A stretch of DNA of 64,000 bases from Cycas panzhihuaensis (taxonomy: Eukaryota > Plantae > Cycadophyta), in contig CM041465.1 of assembly GCA_023213395.1 (NCBI GenBank), forward strand, positions 103,361,741 through 103,425,740. The letters run 5' to 3'. A model generated the notes under the pieces. That model was not told the DNA's origin and did no database searches. It worked only from the letters and a program-made list of their open reading frames with translations. Below are positions 1-11,787 of this stretch, piece by piece. Each line of letters starts with the position of its first letter. Within the stretch, counting starts at the first letter, position 1. A program made the translations under genes and the position numbers.

Positions 1-245
1 GACTTTATTGATATAAATAACTTTCCATTCAACATCAATTAATTACAATGGACTTGGATTCTTTTATATAGATCCATGAGTGTCGATCTGTTGGCTTAGA
101 TTAATTTTATCATAACAAACTCACATAATATCTACCATATATAATATATCATAACAACTTGGAGGTTAGACATCACATTACACGTGAGTACACCACATTA
201 AATATTAGTTAGTGGTTTAAGTACTTTTTAATAATCACTCTAATA
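1..245 (-). mobile_element. Copia LTR (C0), minus orientation, same family as the LTRs at 1462-1759 and 6970-7263, inserted into the RT of C1
   Basis: The reverse complement starts TATTAGAGTG (decayed TGTTAGAGTG) and contains GGATCTATATAAAAGAATCCAAGTCCATTGTA...TTTATATCAATA. This matches LTR 1462-1759 (TGTTAGAGTGG; GGATCCATTTAAAGGGATCCAAAGTCTATTGTA...TTTATATCAATA). Host RT (DLKEEIYM) resumes at ~247. Confidence 0.7.
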
Positions 246-1759
246 TGAGACTTGAAAGAGGAGATCTATATGGCTTAATCTCTTGGTTTCATGAAGGAAG
301 GATATGAGTATTTAATATGTCACTTAAAGAAATCTCTTTATAGACTAAAATAAGCATCACATGCTTGGTATGATAGAGTTGAGTCTTTATATTTGAAAGA
401 ATGAAACTACAATAGTTATTATTATGTTGTATGTTGATGACCTTGTTGTTATAGGTAATTATAATAAGACTATTATAACTACAAAGTCCTATTTGGGCAA
501 TACTTTTGATATGACTGATCATAAGCAACTTCATTACTTCTTGGGCATTGAGATTAGGTAGATGGATGATCACATCATGATGTTACAATTGAGGTATATT
601 AAAAACTTGCTTGAGAGATTTAGAATAAAGGATTACAAACTAGTAAAGATACCATATATAAAGAGCACAAAACTTTTAAAGGACATAAATAAGCTAGTTG
701 TAGATGGAACTTTATATTTGCAATTGGTAGGGAGTTTAATGTACTTAACTTATACTAGGCATGATATTGCTTATGCTATTAAATTAGTATCTTACTATAT
801 TTAGAGTCCCTAAGAACCTTACTAGGTTACTGCAGAGAGGACTATGAAGTATGTTAAGAGAATATTTAATCTTGGCCTTGAATACCTTTATGGTAAAGAG
901 GAAAACTTGTATAGGTATACTAATATAGATTAGGGTAGAGATGTAGAAGATAGGAAATCAACTATAGGATTCATTTTTTATATCAATAATAGATTTATAT
1001 TATAATAATATAAAAAATAATCTACCATTGTATTATCTTCTATAGAGGATGAGTATAAAGCACTAAGTATAGATGCGAGGGAAGTTGTATGGTTGCAGGG
1101 ACTTTTAGAAGCTCTTAGAACATCTTCTAGTATACCTACTATACATACTAATAATTTGAGTGTTATTTGACTTTCAAAGAATGTAGAATTTCATGCACAT
1201 ATAAAGCACATTGAGATTCAACACCATTACATCTGTGAGAAGATTAGATCAAGGAAGTTACATGTTAAGTTTTATCTAAGTAAAGAATAATTTATGGATA
1301 TATTCACCAAATCTCTTACTGAAGATCACTTCATTAAGATTCATGCAAATTTAGGACTTAGTGAAGTTGTCCTTGAGGAGGGATATATCAACAAGGATAA
1401 ATAAAAGGATTGTCCAATTCCTAGGAAGACTTCAAGACTCTATATTTAAATTAAGGGGGGATGTTAGAGTGGTATTTTATCTACATAACCAAGTAATATT
1501 CATGTGGTATATATGTACAATTATATGTGATGTAATAATGTAATTATGTAGGCTGACAAATGTAATACGTGAAATACTTGTGGATCCATTTAAAGGGATC
1601 CAAAGTCTATTGTACTTTGTATATTTTATATCAATATAATCTATATTTTCTATGGTAGGTTTTTATCGTAAGGTTTCTCACATCAATTCTACATCATGTG
1701 CTTATTCATTTCATTCTTATTCTATACATAAATGATCTATTTGTCTATGGTTTCTAATA
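246..1759 (+). mobile_element. Ty1/copia element C1, 3' portion: decayed RT and RNase H, PPT, 3' LTR
   Basis: Motifs DLKEEIYM (~250), YVDDL (~430), LVGSLMYLTYTRHDIAYA (ORF 562-804) and KHIEIQHHYI (~1204-1233). PPT TTAAGGGGGGA at 1451-1461. Many stop codons. Confidence 0.9.
1462..1759 (+). repeat. 3' LTR of copia C1 (~298 bp)
   Basis: Starts TGTTAGA directly after the PPT and ends TCTAATA (decayed TCTAACA). Confidence 0.75.
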
Positions 1760-2074
1760 TTATCAAACAAAAATATACATTAAATAGAAAACTATATAAG
1801 AGTTATCGCATGTTTTATTTATTTATTTTATGTAAAAGAATATATTAGTTTATTTTGGTAAAATATACAAACTTAATTAAAATTTTGATATGATAAAGAA
1901 TCCAATAACCCTTATTGAGAGTTATATAATAAAATACACACATGGGTTACTATAACCACATAAACTTTCATCACTCATAGGGATAATGTTCCTTATAGGA
2001 GTGAATTATATTCCTACTTTCTAGGGTAAAATCCTATGTGTAGGTATTATCTTAAGTAGGAAGTATAAGGCATT

Positions 2075-3011
2075 TGTAAGGACCCATGAATCCCTAAACT
2101 TTTTAGATGACAATTGAGAGAGCAAGGCACCAATTAAGGACAAATTATAACACCAATCATAGATAAACCAATGTATCTATTAGAAGTATAGCATGACTTT
2201 AATAGATATATAATGTATAATTTTACTTTTTAGTTGTTCATCCCTTATAATGTGTATACTTATCTATATAACACTAAGTGTAGGGATGCACTATTTGATT
2301 ATATTAGGATAATTTATTCATCTCATGTAAGGTGTATGCCTATTTATACAAGACTAAGTGTGAAGATGCACCACTCTAAACTATTAGTCTACTAAGTAGC
2401 CTAGTGATTAGGTTCCAATACATTTGGACTTAAAACTACCTATATTATTTTATGTTAGCCTATACTTTTATTTATTGGTTACATAATATAAAAGGAACCA
2501 TATTATTTTAGATGAATAGGGAAACACATGATATAAACAAGGGAGGAATAGAAAGAAAACATACATATAAGGGTAAATAATAAGACTTAAAATTTTCACA
2601 AGATTTTCTTAGGATGTAAAATTAGTTGATCAGCATATTAAATTTCTTAGATGAAAGACTTCTTATAGTTCCATAGCTAAACAAATAACATTAAATGTCT
2701 AATAACTCAACTCTAAATTTATAAAAGGAACAAATAAGTACGTTATAGTTTTAAAATTATACTACTGCATGAAAAATACAAAGAAACACCCTCACAACTT
2801 CATGAATGGCTCATTAAATGCTAGTATAATTGAAAATGAAATAAAATTCTAGAAATTAAGAGGTTTAAAATCTTGATTTTTGAGTCTTTAAGAAGTAGAA
2901 GGCATTTTCATAGTAGAGAAGATGAACAAGAAGAAGGAAGAAGATAAACTGATGTTACTAGAACATTAGTAATCTCTCAGGGGGAAGAGAGAGAAAGATA
3001 TATATATCTAT

Positions 3012-3081
<70 letters not shown>

Positions 3082-3222
3082 GAATCATAGGATTATTATT
3101 ACAAGATTTCATGAATAGAGTAGTGGGAAGATAGAGGGTAGATAGAATCTACATAAATGCTCTTAAAAATTAGAGTCATAAGGTAGTTAAGCTTAGTTAG
3201 TATATTATTAGATTTGGCTATA
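2075..3222 (+). repeat. G1 5' LTR, first segment
   Basis: TGTAAGGACCCATGAATCCCTAAACT aligns with TGTAAAGACTTGTGAATCCCTAGACT at 35844. Colinear to GATTTGGCTATA (~3222), equivalent to GATTTAGCTATA (~36921). Confidence 0.88.
3015..3078. repeat. (GA)32 microsatellite inside G1 5' LTR
   Basis: Perfect dinucleotide run read directly from the sequence. Confidence 0.97.
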
Positions 3223-3225
3223 AAA

Positions 3226-6200
3226 TTTACTTTTAGACTAATATATTAAATTTAAAGGAATGAACTCATTAAGAGAAAAAGTTATTTATTAGTACTAGGC
3301 TATTAAAACTATGTCTAGTACCAAATCAAAGAGCCATAGTCCATAACTTAGATAAAGTAAATAAAATATGGATAAAGTATGTGAGATATTTAAAAAAAAG
3401 AAGATGAATCACTATATTACTTTAATGATGGATCTTCTAAATGCCATTGTAGAATATGTAAATAATATAAGTGCCTATCTGAATAAAGTAACTGATTTGA
3501 AGAACAAGAAAGAAGAAATTAAGTCAAACTCACTTAATTATGAGTTATTGTTTGTATTAGTTATGTCAAAACTACCAACTATATTTGAAACCTTTCAAAC
3601 CATCTATGTAAAAGATGAGGTAATAGAAGGTAATCCATTTAAGAAGCTGAAAGGTCTTATTCTATCCATGGATGCCAAGTTGAAACACCATGGATTAATC
3701 AAAGGTTTTAATTCAAATAAAGCCCCAATCATGAAGACATAGAGGAGAAATATTATTTAAAAAGGAAAGTCTACATAAAAATTAGGAGAAGAAATTCAAT
3801 AGAAGAAGAACTTTATTAGAAAATGTACTTACTACAAGAAGGATGGCCACAAAGAGAATAACTATTGGTTCAAATGATAGGACATATACAAAATAAATAA
3901 GGATGAGAACAAAAAGGGTGCTATAGCTTTCTATGCTAGGGTATCAACATTGTTAACCAAACCAAATCAGAGAGACTATTAGATTTTGGATTCAGGAGCA
4001 TAAAAATGCATTTCATTTTAGAAGTAAAACTTTGATGCATGGAATATTGGTCCAAGTGAAGCTAAAATCATTCTTAGAGATGTGAGTGTATTATATGTAG
4101 AAGGTGTTGGCTCTATTTCACTTATAGGAGGAAAGTTTAAAGGCATGTACTATATAACCAAGATGAAGATGAACCTTATATCAACTTGAGAAATCTATAA
4201 ACAAGGTATGAAGGTTGAGCTTTATAAAGATAGATGTTTAATTAAGAACTAAAAACATAATTTTTCTATCATTGCTACTAGAAAAATGAGGGATAATTTC
4301 TAGGTATTTGAGAAATTTCAATCCCGTAATTAGTCCTATGCCTTTTTTACCAGTGTTAATGTCTTGAGTAAACTTTATAATGAAAGCCTCAAGCACCTTA
4401 ATTATAAAATCATAACACTTATGAATAGATTTAATATGGTAGAAGTTTTATCCCATATGCCATGTTTAAAAGGTATATGTAAAGGGTGTATGTACGTGAA
4501 GCATCAGCATTATCATTTTACTCCAAATTAGGCCTAGGGAACCAAGGAGAAGTTGAAGCTTATATATTATGATGTGATGGGTCCTCTTCCAAACTCTTCT
4601 ATATTTAGAGCTTACTATACTTTAGTGTTTATAGATGATTATACTAAGAAGGAATGGGTACATTTTCTAAAAAATAAGTTTGAAGTATTTGATGCTTTTG
4701 TGAATGGAAGGTACATGTTGAGAATGAATATAATAAGAAAATAAAAATTTTAGGGAGTGATAATGGTAAAGAATATAATAATAATACCCTCAATAAGTTT
4801 TGTCTAAGTCATGGTATAAAGAAGAAATTCATAGTCTTGTATACCCCACAATAAAATGGCATTATAGAGAGAAAAAACCATAGTATGATGGAAATAGCAA
4901 AGTGTATGGTGCATGCTAAAAACTCGTTACCTATGTTTGGGGCAGAAGCTATTAGGAATTGTTATTTATATCTTGAATAAGATACCAACAAAAGTAATTC
5001 ATGGCATAACCCTTGAAGAAAAATAGACTAGCCATAAACCTATCATTAATCATTTGAAGACATTTAGTTGCATTGTGTATGCACACATTCCAAATGATAA
5101 TCAAAAGAAGTTGGATTGCAAGAGCTTAAAAGTGTATTTTTATGGGGTACTCAGATTAAAATAAAGCTTAAAACTATGGGATATGTGAGGGGAAATTTTT
5201 TTTATTAGTTAGGATGTAGTATTTGACAAGTCCTTAATATATCATACTGAGAAGTCATTACCAAAAGAATCCTTTTACCCCTTACTACTTCCATTTCCTA
5301 ATGGAACTTCATCAATGACAAAGGATGATGAACCAACCACTATGATTCAAAGGGAAGAAGGATTGACTGGTGTATGTAATAATCATAAGAAATCATATAT
5401 AGAGTCATCTTTAACACTAAGTGTTTCTATGCTATTATGTACTAGGAAAATAGTTTAAGACTCTAGTTTGACATTGCAGAATCATTCAGATGAATGGAGA
5501 ATAAGAAGATAACATACCAGTCAGACTTTAATGGTGGATATCATAAACACCCTAGACCTATCTTCATTTGATGAAGTGAAAGATAATCCTTATTGAAAAG
5601 CTAAAATAGAGGAGGAATATAATTCTCTTATAAAATATGGCACTTGAGAGTTAGTTTCATTACCTTCTAAGAAAAAACTTATTAGATGGAAATAGGTATA
5701 CAAGTCTAAGTTCCACTCTAATAAAGAGGTGGACAAGTATAAGTCTAGACTTAGTATGTAAGGGCTTAAGCAAAAGAAAGGGATCAATTATGAGGATATA
5801 TTTACACCAGTCTCTAAGATGAAAATGGTCCATTTGATCCTTTCTTTGGTAGCAAAATTTGGTTAGGAGTTACATCAAATAGATGTAATATTAATATTCC
5901 TTAAAAGAGAGATTTATATAGAGTAACCTCTTGGTTTTATTAAGGAAGTCTAGGAGAATCTTATATGTAGATCAAAGAAGTCACTCTATGGCCTGAAATA
6001 AGCATCATATGCTTAGTATAAAAAGATCAATATCAAATTAAAAGAAGAAGGGTTTATTACTATAAATATGGAGCTAAATTTGTATGTTAAAAGGAGTATA
6101 ACTTTAATAATAGTTATTATAGTATACATTAATGATTTGATTATTAGTAACAACTATAATGAGACTTTTGTGTAATTCAGATCCAATTTAGGAGTTATGT

Positions 6201-7263
6201 TTAATATGATAGACCTAAAGCCTCTACATTACTTCTTATCCATTGAGGTAAGGTGGATGGAAGATAAAATTATAGTGTTATAAACTAAGTTAGTAAAGAA
6301 CCTTCTTGAGAAACTCAAGATGGAGGACTATAAGCCTATTTGAATACTATGTGTCGAAGGTACAAAGCTCTTGAAAGATATGGGAAAGCATGTTGTAGAT
6401 GGAACATTATACAGGCATATGGTAGGGAGTTTAATCTATTTGACTCATAATAGGCCTAACATTATTTATGCTATCATATTAGTCTAATAACATATGCAAA
6501 ATCCAAAGGAGCTACATTGAGTTACAGCAAAGAAAATATTGACATATATGAAGGGAATTCTTAATCTTAGTTTGGAGTACCTTCATGATGTAGATATAAA
6601 GTTATAAGGCTACCCTGAAACAAATTAGGGAGGAGAATTTGATGATAAAAAATCCATCATTAGATATATCTTTAGTATCAACATTGGATGTGTATCATGG
6701 TAATTGAAGAAGTAGTAGATAGTAGAACTATCTTCTATAAAGGCTAAATATCAAGGACTTATTATTAGTGAAAGAGAGGTTGTATGGCTGCAAGGACTTT
6801 TGTCTATTCTTGGCATATCTTATAGTACTTTAGTTATTTTTATTAATAACCAGATTGGGATTTAGAGAAGTTATCCTTGGAGGGGGATATATTAATAAGG
6901 ATAATTCCAGCCTTTATTAATAATAATTTTAGGTTGTAGATCAATCCCCACATTTATATTAAAGGGGGATATTAGTGTGGTAGTTAATGTTAAGCCACAT
7001 GTGTTAATGTTAAATGTGGTTTAATTATTATTTCATAAAAAGATGTAAGTTTATGAAGGGATATAACCTTTAAGTGTTAACACTACTTAGGGATTATAAA
7101 TATCCTATAGTCCATTGTATATTCATCTAATCAAGAATCAATGTGATCTAACAATCGTTTGTGGTAGGTTTTTTACCTAAAAAGGTTTTCTCACATGTAT
7201 CTCATATATTGTGTTTCTTGTATTCTTTATTATATTTATTATATATGATTAAGATCTTATAAC
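3226..7263 (+). mobile_element. Ty1/copia element C2 (C1 family), 5'-truncated, nested in G1 5' LTR
   Basis: gag ORF 3368-3742, decayed zinc knuckle ~3824-3868, protease ILDSGA ~3983-4000, integrase ORF 4553-4744 (DVMGP...FIDDYT), RT ~5600-6500, partial RNase H, PPT ~6959-6969, 3' LTR 6970-~7263. Confidence 0.88.
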
Positions 7264-7274
7264 TTAGAATATAT

Positions 7275-8055
7275 GCATGTATGTATTGTGTGATATGGTA
7301 CATGCAAAGTCATATGGAGAGATAGTCTAAAGAGATTGACTTAACATTAGTACATATGTGGTTAACACTCCTAGATATAGTGCAATAATTGATTTACAAT
7401 AGAAAATCCAAAAATAATCCAATATTATTTATTATGTTATCATTTTTAAATAAGAATACATAAATTATAATTCAACCTATAGTTTAAAGAATAGAATGAT
7501 AGTGTTCTAATTTATAACAAAGAGCTTAAAAGTAACTTAATAGTCTTTTTAAGAGCAACCTAAGACTAAAAAATAATCAACATTGTTTAATCATGGTTTA
7601 TAGTTAATGAATGTATTTTGGTAGTTTTGGGGCTAAGAGTTAAGTGAACTACTAATACTCTAGCATTTATATCATGTACTCTAGCTCAAAGAAGCTTTCC
7701 TTCTTCAATTACTATTTGTTAGTCAATGAATCTTCCTAAAGCAATCTAGTTGGATCTTCTCTTTAGTTAAAGTGATTATGTGTAAGATTCCCTAATGGCG
7801 AATTGTATTACTATGTTTCTTATAATCCTTTTCTAAAATTTAGTTTTACTATATTAGTGTTTGAATTCTACTTATAAACATCACTAATTCTCTTAAACTA
7901 ACATCTTTGGACATGCAAATTTTCTATTATGAATGATTTACAAACTCTAATTTTAGCTTACATAGTTTAATAGATCAATAAATATTAGCTTAATTAAAAG
8001 GCTCAGATGAATCAGAGCTAAGTTAGTCAATAGTTGACTATAAGAGGTTGTTATA
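7275..8055 (+). repeat. G1 5' LTR, second segment
   Basis: Colinear with ~37540-38260 (e.g. ATAGTCTAAAGA, CATGTACTCTAGCT, CAAACTCTAATTTTAGCTT-like blocks). Ends GTTGTTATA just before the PBS. Confidence 0.85.
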
Positions 8056-8057
8056 GT

Positions 8058-8070
8058 TGGTATTAGAGTC
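8058..8070 (+). other. Primer binding site (tRNA-iMet) of G1
   Basis: TGGTATTAGAGTC, decayed TGGTATCAGAGCC, 2 nt after the LTR end. Confidence 0.85.
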
Positions 8071-8639
8071 TAGGTTAAAAGCTACTAGGAATTTATTAGA
8101 GTAGAGGTTGGAAACCTACATTTGTGATAGGTTATTGATAGTGTAGCAAGTTGGAAGCTTTCATAACCAGTAAAGAATCTAATAGAGATCTAAAAATTGA
8201 CCAAAAATAAGAATTAATAGGGCTTCAATGAGGAAGCTTATAAGGATCTTGTCTTCAAGGTAGAAGTACAATCTATCTAAGATTTCAAGTAGTAGAGGTT
8301 ATGAAACTATAAAACTCTAACAATATTATTAATAATAATAGTGATTTCATGATTGAAGTATGTCAAGTTATGGTAAGAAAATTACTACTAGGGTATCAAA
8401 TGTTACAATATTAGTATAATTATTATTAGGGTTTAATAAGTTATAAAATTAATAAATTACTACTAGGATTCCATGGGTTTTAATATAAATTGACGATTGT
8501 TAGGATTCTATAATTTAAGCATTAATTGATCATTGATAGGGTTTCATAAACTAAAACATTCATAGATTTTTCAATTCTTAGAAAACCCTAATTTGGTAAG
8601 TAAGATGCAACATGGAGATTTGGAGAGTATTTCCTAAAG

Positions 8640-11600
8640 ATGATGCCCAAATATCCCATGAAGACCAGGACTATCTTAGCCTTAAAAGCATAAACACATA
8701 AGGAACTCTAAGATAGAGGGGAGCCCTATAGAATTACCTTTCAAAAGTCTTAGTAGAAAATATTAGTAACCTATGAGATTAGTTAAGGAATTACAAGGAG
8801 AATAATAAACGGATTATAAGAAAACATAAGGAGATGCTCCATAATATCTAACAAATAATTAAGTAGAAGCAAACTAAGAGAACTCAACACACTAGGAGTA
8901 ATAGGAGGAGAGGTAGATCTTAAAAGTCCTCAACCCATAAACATACAAACAAGAGAAATAAGAGGAAAGCCATTGAATGTTCAACCAACATTGAATTCTC
9001 AAGCATAAAATCATCTAATGAAACTACTAAGGGAGGATATCATAGGTGAAATAGGAGTACTTTTTAATACAAGATGAGGAAGGTGAATCCACCCACCTAT
9101 AATAGGGAGATTAAAAATGAAGAGGAAGTCGAAGCATGGCTACTTAGCATTAAGAAATACTTTGGACTATATGATTTTAGTTGTAATGAGAAGGTGAGGA
9201 TTATTATTTACCATTTAATAGGGAAAGCATTATTGTAGTAGGAACACCATAAGAAGGTTAAGAACATTCGAGAGAGGGAGTTGAGATGGAGTAAATTTAT
9301 CAAATACTTCAAAAAGAAGTACCTCTCTGAGTAGTACTATAATAAGAAGATAATAACCTTCCATGACTTAAAGCAAGGAAGGAGGATTATGGAGGAGTAT
9401 CAAGAAGAATATATACGACTTCTCTAATATGTTCCCTATATAAGAGAGGAGAAGGTAAATACTAACACATTTATTAGTGGGATGAGCAAAAGCATACAAA
9501 ACAACATAAAAATTCATAAGACTAAGACCATAAAAAAGGTAATTTAGAAGGCTAGATGTTGTGAAGTATAGTGGATAAAACCAAAAAGTAAATGAGTTGG
9601 TTGGAAAGGAAGAGGGTAGCTAAATAAGGTCTACCAAGGAAAGATTTCAAACTATAAAGGTTTAGCCAAGGTGAAAGGAATTTCAACTGCCCACTACGCA
9701 ACACATGGTCTAATCAAGAACCCATGTATATTCTAAGAAATCCAAGATGTAGGAGATGCTATCAATGCCATGAGTAAGGACACTATATTGTTAATTATTC
9801 ACCAAAGATTGGGAATAAGTGGAAGAGCTCATAATATAAAGTTATAACCTAAAGTGGTGAGCGAATCCTAAGAAGTAGCTCATATGCATGTACATGCAAT
9901 AGTTGAAAGCAAACAAGTTAATAATCAATTCATCATGGTATAGGCCATAGGTAAGATCTTGGGATTGGAGCTTACTATACTTATAGATCAAGTAACAGTC
10001 ATAATTTATTGCATCCTAGGATAGTAGAAAAGTATAAAATTAAGACTTAAGCACACTAAAAGAAGTGGGCTACCCATATGGAGAATGGAAATAAGAAGAA
10101 AGTGATTGAATATATGCCCTTTTCCTATTAATTTGGGAAACATAGTCCCCTCATGACATTTTGTAGATTTTACTACTTGGATACTATGATGTAATCATAG
10201 GTCTATAATGATTAGAAGAACATAAGATAAAGGTTAATTTTTATAACATGTTGGTTGAGTGACTAAATAATAATAGAGAGCCTACTCTTGTCCAAAGTAA
10301 GAAACTTCTAACTAATGTCTAATAGATTTCAGTAATTCAGATAAAGAAGTGCTTAAGGGAAGGTTGTTGAGCCTATGTAATGCATGTAAATGAAGTAACT
10401 CTTGTAGAACCTCCCCGATTTAATAATCCCATACTATAAGAATTCACGGATGTATTTCTAAAAGAACTAGCTAGACTGCCACCCAAATGTAATGTAGACT
10501 ATACCATTAAACTCGTGCCAAGGGTAGAACAAATTTCCAAAGCACCATATTGTTTCGCTACACTAGAATTAGCTAAATTTAAAATGAAAACATAAGACTT
10601 ACTTAACAAAGGATTTATTAAGCCCAACGGGTCACCATAGAGAGCTCTAATTTTGTTTATGAAAAAGAAAGATGGAACCTTAAGGTTGTGTATAAACTAC
10701 CATAACTAAACAAAGCAATGATTAAGACAAAATACCTACTGCCTATAATCAAAGATTTATTTGATTAGCTAAAAGGAGCCAAATTATTTATAAAAATAAA
10801 CCTAATATTAGGTTATTAATAGATTCAAATCAAGGAAGAAGATGTCCTTAAAACTAGATTTTGGACTAGATATGAGTATCATAAACTTTTGGTAATGTCA
10901 TTCAAACTAACAAATACACCTACAACATTTATGAATCTACTGAATAATGTATTTAGGAAGTATTTAGACAAGTTTATCATTATATTTATTGATGACATCT
11001 TGATTTATTCTAAATCTAAGGAAGAGCATGAAAAACACCTGAGAATAATGTTGCAATCTCTTAGAAAGCATAAATTATATGCTAAGTTAAGCAAGTATAA
11101 GTTTTATAAAAAAGAAGTATGCTAATTAGGCTATGTTATCTCAAAATCAAGGATTGTAGTAGATCCTCAGAAGATTAAAGCCATAGTAGAGTGGTCATCT
11201 CCTAAAACTATATATGAGGTAAGAAGCTTCATGGATTTGGCAAGTTATTACAATATATATATAATGAAGTTTTCTAGGATTATAAGCCTAATTACTTCTT
11301 TGTTAAAAAAATGAGTTAAATTCTTATGGACAACTATGTGTGAAAAGTAATTCCATTAACTAAAATATTTATTTACTAATGTTCTTATTTTTATAGTATC
11401 TAAGTTATACTCTAGTTTCATGGTTTGTATCGATGCTAGGAATGTAGGGTTAGGTATGGCTCTTATGTAGGATGGTAGAGTCATCTGTTATGAATCTAGA
11501 AAAATGAAGGATAGTGATGGGAGTTATCATATTCATGATTTAGAACTAGTAAATATAGCACATGTACTTAAAGCTTGGATGCATTACCTACTTGGAAAAT

Positions 11601-11760
11601 AATTTAAACTTTACACAAGCTACAATAGCCCTAGGCATATATTTACATAACGTCATCTCAATATGAGACAGTGTAAGTGGATGGAGTATTTATGTGAATT
11701 TGACTTTTAAGAAAAGTACATTAAAGGGCATGAGAAACAAGTAGCAGATGCTCTAAGTTA
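8640..11760 (+). pseudogene. G1 gag-protease-RT-RNase H, decayed
   Basis: gag MRKVNPPTYNREIKNEEEVEAWLLSIKKYF (~9073), zinc knuckle CYQCHE*GH (~9757), RT ORF 10889-11125 (IFIDDILIYS), RNase H end VADALS (11741-11758). Confidence 0.88.
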
Positions 11761-11787
11761 AAGAGTTTAATGTTTATGTATTAAACT

